From Candidatus Dojkabacteria bacterium (GTDB lineage Bacteria; Patescibacteriota; Dojkabacteria; SC72): a stretch of DNA of 64,000 nucleotides. The stretch spans positions 657,073 to 721,072 of the forward strand of contig JBMNHC010000001.1 in the NCBI GenBank assembly GCA_050950165.1, written 5' to 3'. The notes beneath the pieces were generated by a model that worked only from the letters and a program-made list of their open reading frames with translations, was not told the DNA's origin and ran no database searches. The translations under genes and the position numbers were made by a program. Below are positions 27,662-37,506 of the stretch, one piece after another (positions within the stretch are counted from its first letter, which is position 1; every line of letters starts with the position of its first letter).

Positions 27662-29359
27662 TTAGTTTTTTAAAAAATCTAAAATATCTTCAACAAAGAA
27701 AGGTCTAGCATCAAACTTTAGTAATTTTTTCTTAAACTCATATCCACTCTCTTTTCTAATTAACTCTCCAAACTGTCCACCCTGATTATTCTCAATCAGT
27801 ATGAGATCTTTTTTGTTTGAATCTAACTCTAATATCTTTTCATATCGTAGAGGGAAGAGATATTGATAGTAGAGGAAAGCGATATCTTCTCTCTCTTTCA
27901 TAGCATCTAGTACTGCATTTTTAGCTGTACCAAATCCAACAAAAACACTCTTTGCATCTTTCGAACCGTAGTATATTGGCTGAGGTATATCTCTCTGTAA
28001 CCCTACTAGCTTTCTCATTCGCTTCTCTGACATTGCAGCGATATCTTCTGCTACCTCTGTAGTAGCTCCATCAGGTGTGTGCTCATCACTATTCGCTAAG
28101 AATGTTTTCTTTCCCTTTTGAGGTATCCATCTAGGAGATATTCCACTCTCAGTTATCTCATATCTCTCTTTCCCTTCTTTAAGATGTCTCTCTACTTTTA
28201 GAGCTTTAGGTAGTTGTTTAATATTAAAGAGTGCTTCTGCAGACTGTTTCTCTGTTAGAAGAATTACAGGTAGTTGATATTTTTCAGATATATTGAATGC
28301 TTCTTGTATTAACTCATATGCATCATATGCAGTAGAACAACTAAGAACAACTCTTGGAAAATCTCCATGACCAGAGTAGAGAGCTGCATCTAGGTTGTCT
28401 GTTCCACTCCAAGTAGGAACTCCTGTTGCTGGTCCAGCTCTCTGTCCTAGCACTACAACCAAGGGAGTTTCAGTCATACCAGCACACGATATTGTCTCTG
28501 TCATTAAATCAAAACCACCTCCAGAGGTTGCAGTAAATGCTCTTGTTCCCATATACATAGCTCCCATTACTAACTGAATTGCAGTAATTTCACTCTCTGC
28601 CTGCTTAACCACAATACCTGTTTCCATATATGTTTTACCAAAAGTATCTAGGATAGATGTAGAAGGTGTCATTGGATATGCAAAATATGCTCTACAACCT
28701 GCAGAGATTGCACCTAGGACAATAGCGTCATTTGCTGTAAGTAATTTACTCTTACTCCAACTTTTTTCTTTATCAATCTTGCTAATCTCTTCTCCATATT
28801 TTTTCTCTTTCTCAAATGAATACCCTGCTTTTAAGCATCGTATCTCTGCATCCATATCTATATTTTTCTTCTCAAACGTCTTCTTAACAACCCTCTCTAA
28901 CTCTTTAAGATCAAACTCCGCTATTGACCAAAGATATGCAAGTAATACAGCACTAGCCATGATTGGAGGAGCATTGTTTTCCTTCGCTATACTAAGTGTA
29001 TCTAAGTAAACAACAGTTATTTTCTTCTTGTATATATATTCTCTTTCTTCATCTGTGAAATCAAAATCCAAGATATTGTGAACAATTAATCCTCCCTTTT
29101 TAACACCAAAAAGATATTGATGTAGAGGCTCTGAAGAGAGAGAGGCTAAGATATTGTAGTTTTTGGATGAAGAGAGAATCTCTTTGTCACTAAAATCTAT
29201 CTGATATGACGCAAACCCTCCTTTTATAACGGAAGGATACTCTCTGTATGCAAAGACATGGTATCCAATATTTTTAATAGATTTAGCAAGAATTTCACCT
29301 AGGGTATTAATTCCTTGACCTGACTCTCCTGCGAATTTAATTGCAAATCGATGAGCCAT
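27662..29359 (-). CDS. korA: 2-oxoacid:ferredoxin oxidoreductase, alpha subunit with fused gamma-like N-terminal domain.
   Basis: Domain order and size (565 aa). Tight operon: korA, 1 nt, korB, 2 nt, acd. Confidence 0.85.
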   Translation of the reverse strand: MAHRFAIKFAGESGQGINTLGEILAKSIKNIGYHVFAYREYPSVIKGGFASYQIDFSDKEILSSSKNYNILASLSSEPLHQYLFGVKKGGLIVHNILDFDFTDEEREYIYKKKITVVYLDTLSIAKENNAPPIMASAVLLAYLWSIAEFDLKELERVVKKTFEKKNIDMDAEIRCLKAGYSFEKEKKYGEEISKIDKEKSWSKSKLLTANDAIVLGAISAGCRAYFAYPMTPSTSILDTFGKTYMETGIVVKQAESEITAIQLVMGAMYMGTRAFTATSGGGFDLMTETISCAGMTETPLVVVLGQRAGPATGVPTWSGTDNLDAALYSGHGDFPRVVLSCSTAYDAYELIQEAFNISEKYQLPVILLTEKQSAEALFNIKQLPKALKVERHLKEGKERYEITESGISPRWIPQKGKKTFLANSDEHTPDGATTEVAEDIAAMSEKRMRKLVGLQRDIPQPIYYGSKDAKSVFVGFGTAKNAVLDAMKEREDIAFLYYQYLFPLRYEKILELDSNKKDLILIENNQGGQFGELIRKESGYEFKKKLLKFDARPFFVEDILDFLKN

Positions 29360-29462
29360 ATCTTAATTAGAAACTAGAAGATTAACTCCTTAAGAGTATC
29401 ACTACCGATATATATTGTCAAAATGCTTACAAAAGAAAAAGGGGTGATGTAAAATACAGTAT

Positions 29463-30428
29463 ATGAAAGATCTAATAGATATTACAGTTGAGGCAGGAAG
29501 TGGAGGTGAGGGATTAATATCCTTTGATAGTTGGCAAAAGCCAACAGGTGGTAATGGTGGTAAGGGAGGTGATATATATTTTGTTGGTAGTAGAAACTAT
29601 TTAGATTTTTCCCATTTAGAAAAACAACCATATTTAAAAGCAGAGAGTGGTAAAAGAGGTGAAAGAAACAGAAGAGATGGTAAAAATGGTAAGGATTTAA
29701 TTGTGCATCTACCTCTTGTAACAAGAATTTTTAATCCTGATGGTAGTGAGGTTATTACAATTACCAAAGATGAACAAAAAGTAAGAATTCTTAAAGGCGC
29801 TACTGGTGGATTAGGAAACTTTGCTCTTAGATCTAAGGGGTGGGATAGCAAGTTTGCAAGAGAGAGAGGAGTTAAAGGTGAGGTTAGGAAATTTAAATTA
29901 GAGCTTAACTTAAAAGCAGATGCCATATTTTTAGGGTTTCCTAATGCAGGTAAATCTAGCTTAATTAATGCTCTTACTAATGCTAAGTACAAGGTAGCAC
30001 CTTACGAGTTTACTACTTTAGAGCCTCAGTTAGCTGTAATGGATGGATATATATTAATGGATTTACCAGGGTTAATAGAGGGGGCTTACAGAGGTAAAGG
30101 GTTAGGTACAAACTTTCTAAAACATACTAAATATTCTAGATTGCTTGTTCACTGTATTAGTTTAGAGGATATGAATTTGAAAGAGAGCTATACAAAGATG
30201 AGAGATGAATTTAACAATATCTCTAAAGATCTATCTTCGTTAGATGAATTAGTACTTTTTACAAAAGCAGATATATTATCTACTGAACAAGAGAGAAAGA
30301 TTCTCAAAGAGCTATCTAAGGATTTCAAAGATTTTTTAATAGTATCTACATTTAGAAAGGAGGATGTAGATATGTTAAAAGAGACACTAAAAAAGAGATT
30401 GGGTTCTAGCTCTCATTCCATCATCTAG
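29463..30428 (+). CDS. obg: GTPase Obg/CgtA, short form without the C-terminal domain.
   Basis: Gly-rich Obg fold (GGNGGKGGDIYF), then G1 GFPNAGKSS, then DLPGLIEGA. Confidence 0.85.
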   Translation: MKDLIDITVEAGSGGEGLISFDSWQKPTGGNGGKGGDIYFVGSRNYLDFSHLEKQPYLKAESGKRGERNRRDGKNGKDLIVHLPLVTRIFNPDGSEVITITKDEQKVRILKGATGGLGNFALRSKGWDSKFARERGVKGEVRKFKLELNLKADAIFLGFPNAGKSSLINALTNAKYKVAPYEFTTLEPQLAVMDGYILMDLPGLIEGAYRGKGLGTNFLKHTKYSRLLVHCISLEDMNLKESYTKMRDEFNNISKDLSSLDELVLFTKADILSTEQERKILKELSKDFKDFLIVSTFRKEDVDMLKETLKKRLGSSSHSII

Positions 30429-31166
30429 TGCTCTTTGTGCATTCCACTGTAGGTCAGGTTTGTCATACATACTCTTTACTAACCACTCTAGGTACTCCCT
30501 GTCCTCCCTCTCTATCTCTTCAAAGGTTTTACCCATATATTTACCAAAGCTCATCTCTCTAATGATCTGGGGTTGTTTTGTAATTAACTGCATATGTTCT
30601 ACAGTTAGTTTAGAATTTTGTACAAGGTAGTGATAGAGGTTTTTTAGAAAATATACATCACTTAGTGCATTGTGAGCTTCTCGAAACTCTCTATCCTCAC
30701 TCTTATACAATCCTAGATAATATCTAAGATATTGTAACTTGTAACTCTCTAAGTCTCTTCCATCATCTGTAGTTAAAAGATTTCTTGCAACTTTAAGTGT
30801 ACATATTGAGTCTTCTACCTTTACTCCTTTCTTCTCTAGAGCTTCTGAATCAAAGGCCATATTATGAGCAACCCATATATATTTCTTTGAGAGGAATTCT
30901 AAATATTCTTTTAGGGAACTAGTATTAGATTCTAAATCTTTTCCTTCTTCAGATACTGTAGCGTCTTCAAAATATTTACACTTTTCAACCATCTCTGGAG
31001 TAATATTGTGTACCGCCATTGATCCAAAAGATATCTCTTGTTTAGGTTTAATGTATATATTCATCCAGATATCTGGATTTTCTGTTATAAATGCTATCTG
31101 AAGCAGATCTTTACTCTGTACATCTGTTGTTTCAGTATCAATGAAAAGGAGTTCCTTCTTGGACAT
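30387..31166 (-). CDS. DEDDh 3'-5' exonuclease (DnaQ/ExoX-like) with an ExoX-type C-terminal domain.
   Basis: Exo I FIDTETTD, Exo II AHNMAFD, Exo III HNALSDV, and a C-terminal FGKYMGKTFEEI...EYLEWL. Confidence 0.7.
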   Translation of the reverse strand: MSKKELLFIDTETTDVQSKDLLQIAFITENPDIWMNIYIKPKQEISFGSMAVHNITPEMVEKCKYFEDATVSEEGKDLESNTSSLKEYLEFLSKKYIWVAHNMAFDSEALEKKGVKVEDSICTLKVARNLLTTDDGRDLESYKLQYLRYYLGLYKSEDREFREAHNALSDVYFLKNLYHYLVQNSKLTVEHMQLITKQPQIIREMSFGKYMGKTFEEIEREDREYLEWLVKSMYDKPDLQWNAQRALDDGMRARTQSLF

Positions 31167-31327
31167 CTTTCTATTAGAAGTATTTCAATTTAATATTTTC
31201 ATGAAGTTAGAAAAGGGGCATTAAAATATATGAGATTTTAGCATATGGATATTTGATAAACAAACTGTTGTTGAATGATATCTTTTAAGCTGATATATTA
31301 AACTATTAATTTCTTTTACAGTGATAT

Positions 31328-31825
31328 ATGAAAATTTCTAAGAGTACTCTCATTGGTTTAGTTTCTGTAATAGCGGTGATTGCTGTTGTAGTAGGAATAT
31401 TTCTTTTTTTAGATAAAGGGATGAGTTTTACGGATAAAATGGGTAGGACTCAAGAGAATAGCACAGGGGGAAAGGAGGTAGAGGACTCAAGTATGAAAGA
31501 TTTTGAGAGTTTAGAGATTGAAACTTTAAAAGAGGGAAGTGGTGCTGAAGCAGTAGATGGAAATACTGTTGTAGTACATTATGAAGGTACATTAAGAGAT
31601 GGTACCAAGTTTGATAGTTCTTTTGATAGAGATGTTCCTTTTGAATTTATACTAGGTAATGGAGAGGTTATCCAAGGGTGGGAGCAAGGTATAAAGGGGA
31701 TGAAGGTTGGAGAAGAGAGAGAGCTACATATTCCTTCTAAATTAGCATATGGACAGGATGATCTAGGTACTATTCCTGCTGGTTCAGGTTTAATATTTAA
31801 AGTAGTACTTTTGGAGATAAAGTAG
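31328..31825 (+). CDS. FKBP-type peptidyl-prolyl cis-trans isomerase, membrane anchored.
   Basis: VVVHYEGTLRDGTKFDSS...LAYG FKBP core and an N-terminal TM helix. Confidence 0.85.
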   Translation: MKISKSTLIGLVSVIAVIAVVVGIFLFLDKGMSFTDKMGRTQENSTGGKEVEDSSMKDFESLEIETLKEGSGAEAVDGNTVVVHYEGTLRDGTKFDSSFDRDVPFEFILGNGEVIQGWEQGIKGMKVGEERELHIPSKLAYGQDDLGTIPAGSGLIFKVVLLEIK

Positions 31826-33238
31826 CTAAAATATCCCTAATGTCATAAGGATACCTATTAACAACATTAATATACCCGCTATTAAGTGCATCTTTCTTAC
31901 ATTCTTATCCTTCCAATCCTTAACCTCTTCTGCTCTTTTAGAACCGACAAATACCAGTATTACAACTATGACCATTGGAAGTACAAAGATGATGTTGTAA
32001 AGAAGAAGCATAGGGATGGCATTTATAAAACCTTGGTCAGCAACAAGTCCCCCTAATATTATATATGGACCAATTGTACAAGGAAGCAAGAATACTGTAA
32101 CAAAAAGTCCTAAACTAAACGCTCCAAAAGGAGATGTAATCTTACTAATAACCTTTTGTACTTTGGGTCTTAAAAAGAGAGGCATCTCTGTTGTAACACC
32201 CCCTGGTTTGTATTTAAAGTAATCCTTAAGCTCTAAAAGACCTAACAGTATTGCCCCTATTCCCAAAGCTTTGTAAATGTATAGCTTAATGGAGGCAATA
32301 GATTGAATAACTTGAAATGCTGTAATTATCAGATACCCATAGAATAGATACATTATCACTACTGCAAGGGTAAACGCTAAACCTGAGTACAACACCTGTT
32401 TCCTATCCCTTGGATTGTACGTAACTATTGAAATTAGCATAAGAGCAAGTACAGATATTGCACAAGGATTAACTGAGTCTGCAAGTCCTAGCATTACTGT
32501 TTTTCCAATTGATACCCCGTATCTCTGTTCAATACTATCTGTATTAACAATATCTTCCTTTTTCTCTTCTTTAGATGCACCATTCCACTGTAATAGCCAT
32601 CCATTTATTTCCATTGCGTTATCAAACTTCAAACTACCTCCTGAATATTCTACTTTCACACTCTTAGCCTTTTTACCTTCTAAATTAGCTATTGCTTCTT
32701 CAATGCTATTTGCAGAGATAAAGGTTTTAATCTGGTTATTCTGGTTCTCATTTAACTTTGTTAAGCTCCTTTTAATAGCTACACGATCTTTAGAGTAAAA
32801 TGTTGGATATCTTTTTAAATCATTTAGATTTAACTCATCAAAAGACAGAGAGTTTCCATCTGCTAAAAATACAGTATCCCTGGGAGAATTTGATAGCATT
32901 CTATCTAAATTATCCAAAATTGGTTTATCTCCACTCTCACTTTGTTCACTACTAAAAAGAACTAGAGGAATACCTAAATTAAGGTTATACGATTCTACAT
33001 ACTCCAAAAGAGATTGAGAATTTCCTAAATTCTTGTACGTTTCATATTCAATCATAACTATATTACCCTGTTCAATCTTTTCTATTAACTTTGGATTCAC
33101 TTTTGCACAATGAGGACACCCTATTCCACCAAAATATATGAAGTATGTATTAGTTTGTTGAGCATCTACTTTACTACTTGGTAAAAACATAAATATTGAA
33201 AGAATGAGAAGTAGAACAATTGAAAGAAATCTTTTCAT
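31826..33238 (-). CDS. Thiol:disulfide interchange protein: periplasmic thioredoxin-fold domain (CPHC) fused to a DsbD/CcdA-type transmembrane electron-transfer domain.
   Basis: Signal peptide; GIGCPHCAKV; TM region with the two conserved Cys (NPCAISVL and LLPCTIGPY). Confidence 0.7.
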   Translation of the reverse strand: MKRFLSIVLLLILSIFMFLPSSKVDAQQTNTYFIYFGGIGCPHCAKVNPKLIEKIEQGNIVMIEYETYKNLGNSQSLLEYVESYNLNLGIPLVLFSSEQSESGDKPILDNLDRMLSNSPRDTVFLADGNSLSFDELNLNDLKRYPTFYSKDRVAIKRSLTKLNENQNNQIKTFISANSIEEAIANLEGKKAKSVKVEYSGGSLKFDNAMEINGWLLQWNGASKEEKKEDIVNTDSIEQRYGVSIGKTVMLGLADSVNPCAISVLALMLISIVTYNPRDRKQVLYSGLAFTLAVVIMYLFYGYLIITAFQVIQSIASIKLYIYKALGIGAILLGLLELKDYFKYKPGGVTTEMPLFLRPKVQKVISKITSPFGAFSLGLFVTVFLLPCTIGPYIILGGLVADQGFINAIPMLLLYNIIFVLPMVIVVILVFVGSKRAEEVKDWKDKNVRKMHLIAGILMLLIGILMTLGIF

Positions 33239-33269
33239 TAATCCTAATATTGTAATATTATATACAACT

Positions 33270-34433
33270 ATGAAGACTCCTAAACTTTCTAAAAGCCAAC
33301 AACATATATTAGATGCTATTTTAGACTGGTTTAAAGTATCTAAATCTCAGTATATCACATTAGGAGGTTATGCTGGTACAGGGAAAACAACTCTGTTGGG
33401 ATATCTAAGTAAATATCTTTCTAAAGAGCACAAGAGATTAAAAATTGCATTTTGTAGTTATACAGGTAAAGCATCAAGAGTGCTTTTTAGAAAGTTACAT
33501 GAGGTAGGCTTCTCTCAAAACCCCCACTATATCGGAACAATACATCGTTTGATATACAGAGCGATTGTAAATTCTGAGGGTGAAATTATTGGTTGGGAGA
33601 AAATTCCTGTTGAAGATTTTAAATATGACTTAATCATTATAGATGAAGCCTCTATGATTAGCGAGGATATATGGATTGATCTTTTAAGTTTTAACAAGCC
33701 TATACTCGCTGTAGGAGATCACGGACAACTTCCTCCAATTAAAGAGAGTTTTAATTTAATGCAAAATCCTGATCTTAAATTAGAGGAGATATATAGGCAG
33801 GAGCGAGATAATCCCATCATTGCACTTTCAGAGATTGCTAGAAAGTATGGCTCTGTTCCTTTTCAAAAGTATTCGAAGTATGTAAGAAAGGTTAATAAAC
33901 ATGACATGCAAACAGAAGAGTTAGTTACAGATATCTTTAGGTCTTTTGATGAAGATACTATGGTTTTGTGTGGATACAACAGAACTAGGATTAATTTAAA
34001 CAGAGCCATTAGAAGTCTACATTTTGATTCACCTCTTCCTCAATCTGGTGATAGGGTAATATGTTTAAAAAACAACAGAGAGGCTGAGATATTCAATGGT
34101 ATGACTGGTACAATATTAGATATTTCAAAGGAAAACATTGGTAAAGATGAGTACTACTTTGCTGAAATATCTCTTGATTGTGAAGAGTATCCGTTTGTAG
34201 GAAGAATTAGTATTGATCAGTTTAATTCTACTGATTTAGTTATAAATGATATGGAAGATATTAATTACTTTGATTTTGGGTATGCACTTACTGTTCATAA
34301 GGCACAGGGTAGTCAAGCTAAAAGGGTTGTTCTTTTTGAAGAGCGTTTTTCCAAAATGACAGATGATAATTTTAGAAGATGGCTTTATACAGGTATTACA
34401 CGAGCGGAGCAGGAGTTATATATAGTAGCGTAA
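33270..34433 (+). CDS. RecD-like SF1 DNA helicase (AAA_30/UvrD_C_2 type), short form.
   Basis: Walker A GYAGTGKTT, Walker B IIIDEASMI, motif VI VHKAQGSQ. The start is moved to MKTPKL because the ORF-track start at 33204 overlaps the convergent upstream gene. Confidence 0.75.
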   Translation: MKTPKLSKSQQHILDAILDWFKVSKSQYITLGGYAGTGKTTLLGYLSKYLSKEHKRLKIAFCSYTGKASRVLFRKLHEVGFSQNPHYIGTIHRLIYRAIVNSEGEIIGWEKIPVEDFKYDLIIIDEASMISEDIWIDLLSFNKPILAVGDHGQLPPIKESFNLMQNPDLKLEEIYRQERDNPIIALSEIARKYGSVPFQKYSKYVRKVNKHDMQTEELVTDIFRSFDEDTMVLCGYNRTRINLNRAIRSLHFDSPLPQSGDRVICLKNNREAEIFNGMTGTILDISKENIGKDEYYFAEISLDCEEYPFVGRISIDQFNSTDLVINDMEDINYFDFGYALTVHKAQGSQAKRVVLFEERFSKMTDDNFRRWLYTGITRAEQELYIVA

Positions 34434-34463
34434 TATTATTTTTTTGGTTGTATAATATATCGT

Positions 34464-35228
34464 ATGATTATTCAAAACAGAGAAGAAGAAAAATTACTAA
34501 AGGAGGCTTCTGCAATATCAGTAAAGATATTAGATACTCTTGGAAAGCAGTTGAGAGAAGGAGTTACTCCATTAGATATAGATACTTTAGCGGGACATCT
34601 ATGTAAAGAGTATGGTGTAGTTCCTTCTTTTAAAACAGTACAGGGGTATAATTTTAATACATGTATATCAGTAAATGATGTAGCTGTTCATGGTATTCCT
34701 AAAGATATTCCTCTTAAGAAGGGAGATTTGATATCTATAGATTTTGGTATTGTTTACAAGGGATTTTTTACTGATCACTGTTGGACTTGGAGTATAGGTG
34801 AGCCTAACAAAGAGAATGAGAGGCTTCTTAAGGCTGGTAGAGAGGCTGTAGAGAGTGCAATGGAATTAGCAGTTGTAGGAAATCATACAGGAGATTTAGG
34901 GTTTGAGATGGAGAGTGTAGCAAAGAGATATGGTTTTAATGTACTAAAGATGTTTATTGGTCACGGTATTGGAAAAGGCTTACATGAAGCTCCAGATATT
35001 CCTGCTTTTGGAAAGAGAGATACAGGAACTGTTCTTGAAGATGGTATGGTGTTGTGTGTAGAGTGTCAGGTTGTAGATGATAGTGGAGAGGTGGTAATAG
35101 ATAGGGATGGTTGGTCTGCAAAGACTAAAAATGGTGGTAATTCCGTTATGTTTGAGTATATGGTCATAGTTAGAGATAGTAAACCAGAGATTTTAACAGA
35201 CACAAAGAATTGGAACACAGTAGTTTAA
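34464..35228 (+). CDS. map: Methionine aminopeptidase, type I.
   Basis: Metal ligand blocks DFGIVYKGFFTDH, FIGHGIG and VLCVE. Confidence 0.9.
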   Translation: MIIQNREEEKLLKEASAISVKILDTLGKQLREGVTPLDIDTLAGHLCKEYGVVPSFKTVQGYNFNTCISVNDVAVHGIPKDIPLKKGDLISIDFGIVYKGFFTDHCWTWSIGEPNKENERLLKAGREAVESAMELAVVGNHTGDLGFEMESVAKRYGFNVLKMFIGHGIGKGLHEAPDIPAFGKRDTGTVLEDGMVLCVECQVVDDSGEVVIDRDGWSAKTKNGGNSVMFEYMVIVRDSKPEILTDTKNWNTVV

Positions 35229-35276
35229 CATAGTTTATAATCCTATAGTAATGTGATATAATATAAATATAGGCAA

Positions 35277-35717
35277 ATGCCTATGTTCTTTAAAAACCTA
35301 TTCAAAAATTCAATACCTAAGAAAGGAGAAGTAGCAATGAAAAAGAAAGAAATAGTCTCTACTGGTATAGGAGTTGTACTACTCCTTCTATTTCTAGTAA
35401 TTGGTTCTGTTTATCTACAAAAAATATTCGCAGAAAATGGCTATATCAGTAAAGCTAAGGGGATAGAGATAGCTAACAGTATGGGCCAGGTAGGAGAATT
35501 ACCATGGGCAGTGGACGAGTACGACCTCGTTGCTGTACTCTTTTGTGAAAGTCCTGACGACTCTAACCAAGACGGGAAGACCTTTGTGCACAAGAAGAGT
35601 GTTTTCCACGAATCAGGAGGATGGATGACAGGCTGTCAATACATGGCTGCCAAAAATTTGACCATCATCCCTGAGGGAAATATTTGGACAAATCAGACAA
35701 AAATCAAATTTGAATAG
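35277..35717 (+). CDS. Hypothetical membrane-anchored protein.
   Basis: N-terminal TM helix; no recognisable domain. Confidence 0.4.
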   Translation: MPMFFKNLFKNSIPKKGEVAMKKKEIVSTGIGVVLLLLFLVIGSVYLQKIFAENGYISKAKGIEIANSMGQVGELPWAVDEYDLVAVLFCESPDDSNQDGKTFVHKKSVFHESGGWMTGCQYMAAKNLTIIPEGNIWTNQTKIKFE

Positions 35718-35847
35718 GTTTAGAAGAGTCTTCTATCTGCTAGATATTAGCTTTACCAAAGATAGAAGACTCTTTTTCCTCTGTATTAATAGATATACAT
35801 CCATCTGTGATAGAATATTAAGAAGGATAACTTTTTACTATCAATAT

Positions 35848-36777
35848 ATGCCAGATAGAACATATGACATCGCTATTGTAGGTAGTGGACCTGCAGCTTT
35901 CTCTGCAAGTATATATGCAAGTAGGTATAAACTAAGTAATATTGTATTTGGAAAAGTATTGGGTGGAACAATCTCTGAAGCTCACAAAGTCTGTAACTAT
36001 CCTGGTATAGATGAAATCTCTGGATATGACTTAGGTATGAAATTTTTTGAACAAGCTAAAAGATTGGGTGGAGAACATCTTGCAGAGAGTGTTATTGAAG
36101 TTAAGAAAGAAGAAGATCTTTTTAGAATAACTACTGATACATCAAAAGAGTTTGTTGCTAAATCTGTAATACTTGCTACTGGAAGTAATAGGAATAGGCT
36201 TAATCTACCTGATGAAAATCGTTTTTTAGGTAAAGGCCTCTCGTACTGTGCAACCTGTGATGGTATGTTTTTTAAAGATAAGGTTGTTGGAGTTGTTGGA
36301 GGAAGTAGTGCTGCTGTAATGAGTGCTGTTATGCTTGCTGATATAGCTAAGAAGGTATATATCATCTACAGAGGTACAGAGCTTAGAGGAGAGCCTATGT
36401 GGGTAGATCAGGCAATGGAGAGAGAGAATATTAAGATAATATATACTACATTGGTTCTTGGTTTGGAAGGTAAGCAGGTTCTTGAAAGAGTAAAACTTTC
36501 TAAGGTATACAACGGTTCACAATATCTTAGTCTAGATGGACTTTTTGTTGAAATTGGTTCTACTCCTAATCTAGATTTAGCAAATCAATTAGGAATAGAG
36601 TTGGCTGATGAGGGATACATTAAGGTTGCAAGCAATCAGAGTACCTCCTTAGAGGGAGTATGGGCTGCTGGAGATGGTACAGACGGATCTAATAAGTTTA
36701 GACAGGTAATTACTGCTGCATCAGAGGGCTCCATTGCAGCTAATTCAATATTTAAATATCTTAGAAAGAGTAATTAA
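35848..36777 (+). CDS. trxB: Thioredoxin-disulfide reductase.
   Basis: FAD motif DIAIVGSGPAAFSA, redox-active CATCDG, NADPH GGG/GGSSAA motif. The ATG at 35848 gives the canonical N-terminus; the track ORF from a TTG at 35710 is probably an artefactual extension. Confidence 0.85.
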   Translation: MPDRTYDIAIVGSGPAAFSASIYASRYKLSNIVFGKVLGGTISEAHKVCNYPGIDEISGYDLGMKFFEQAKRLGGEHLAESVIEVKKEEDLFRITTDTSKEFVAKSVILATGSNRNRLNLPDENRFLGKGLSYCATCDGMFFKDKVVGVVGGSSAAVMSAVMLADIAKKVYIIYRGTELRGEPMWVDQAMERENIKIIYTTLVLGLEGKQVLERVKLSKVYNGSQYLSLDGLFVEIGSTPNLDLANQLGIELADEGYIKVASNQSTSLEGVWAAGDGTDGSNKFRQVITAASEGSIAANSIFKYLRKSN

Positions 36778-37283
36778 GATTTTGAATTAACAAAATCTAC
36801 CCACTCTTGTAAGTAGTTAGAGCTAGACCACACTTTATCCTTACCTACTCCATATTCAATTCGTCCTCCATATGATTCAATTAGATCTGCTTCTGCTTTT
36901 AACCCACTGTTAGGATTGTTTCTATCTTTGTCATTTCTATCTCCACCTTTTGTAAATATATCAGGTTTGATAATTGCAAGTGCTTCTGAACAGTTAGTAG
37001 CTTCTGGGTTTTCGTGTATGACTACATAGTCAACTCCCTTAATTGCATCAACTATATCTGCTCTATCTACTGCAGGTATGAAAGGTTTGCCTTTTTTATT
37101 AATCGCTCTGCTATCTCCATCTACAATAATTACCAAAATATCACCAAATTTCTTTGATTCTAATATACAAGAGACATGTCCTGGATGGATAGGGTCAAAA
37201 TATCCCGATGTAGCAACTATACTCTTACCTTCTTCTTTTAACTCATCCCTTATCTTCCCAAACTCTTCAAGTTTTACTACCAT
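36774..37283 (-). CDS. Cytidylyl/adenylyltransferase family protein, RfaE domain II (heptose-1-phosphate adenylyltransferase)-like.
   Basis: HxGH nucleotidyltransferase motif in TSGYFDPIHPGHV; overall similarity pattern to the HldE C-terminal domain. Confidence 0.7.
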   Translation of the reverse strand: MVVKLEEFGKIRDELKEEGKSIVATSGYFDPIHPGHVSCILESKKFGDILVIIVDGDSRAINKKGKPFIPAVDRADIVDAIKGVDYVVIHENPEATNCSEALAIIKPDIFTKGGDRNDKDRNNPNSGLKAEADLIESYGGRIEYGVGKDKVWSSSNYLQEWVDFVNSKS

Positions 37284-37491
37284 AGTATTTTTCTATTCAA
37301 TTTATTCTACATTAAAACAGGTATATATTTTGATTGCAACCCTCTTAATTCATAACCCATATTGTAGATAACACAACCCCTAGTATTTACTACAAACTGA
37401 AGATACTGCATATTGTAGCCAATAACTAAAATTTGGATTACTACAAGTCTTTGACGAACACAATGGGTTGCGATAGCCTAGATTACTAAGT

Positions 37492-37505
37492 ACAACATAT
37501 TGTGT
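37492..37505. promoter_or_regulatory. Candidate NrdR box directly abutting the nrdR start codon.
   Basis: acaACATATTGTGt resembles the NrdR operator consensus acaCwAtATaTwGtgt. CATATTGT half-site-like copies also occur at 37358 and 37409. Confidence 0.4.
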
Positions 37506-37506
37506 A

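Noticed and set aside
33204-33269. First 22 codons of the helicase ORF (MRSRTIERNLF...).
   Set aside because: They overlap the 5' end of the convergent minus-strand DsbD-like gene by 35 nt. An internal Met (MKTPKL) gives a more plausible start.
35710-35847. TTG-initiated 46-codon N-terminal extension of trxB from the ORF track.
   Set aside because: The canonical TrxB N-terminus (MPDRTYDIAIVGSGPAAF) begins at the ATG at 35848. The extension overlaps the end of the upstream gene and has no homology pattern.
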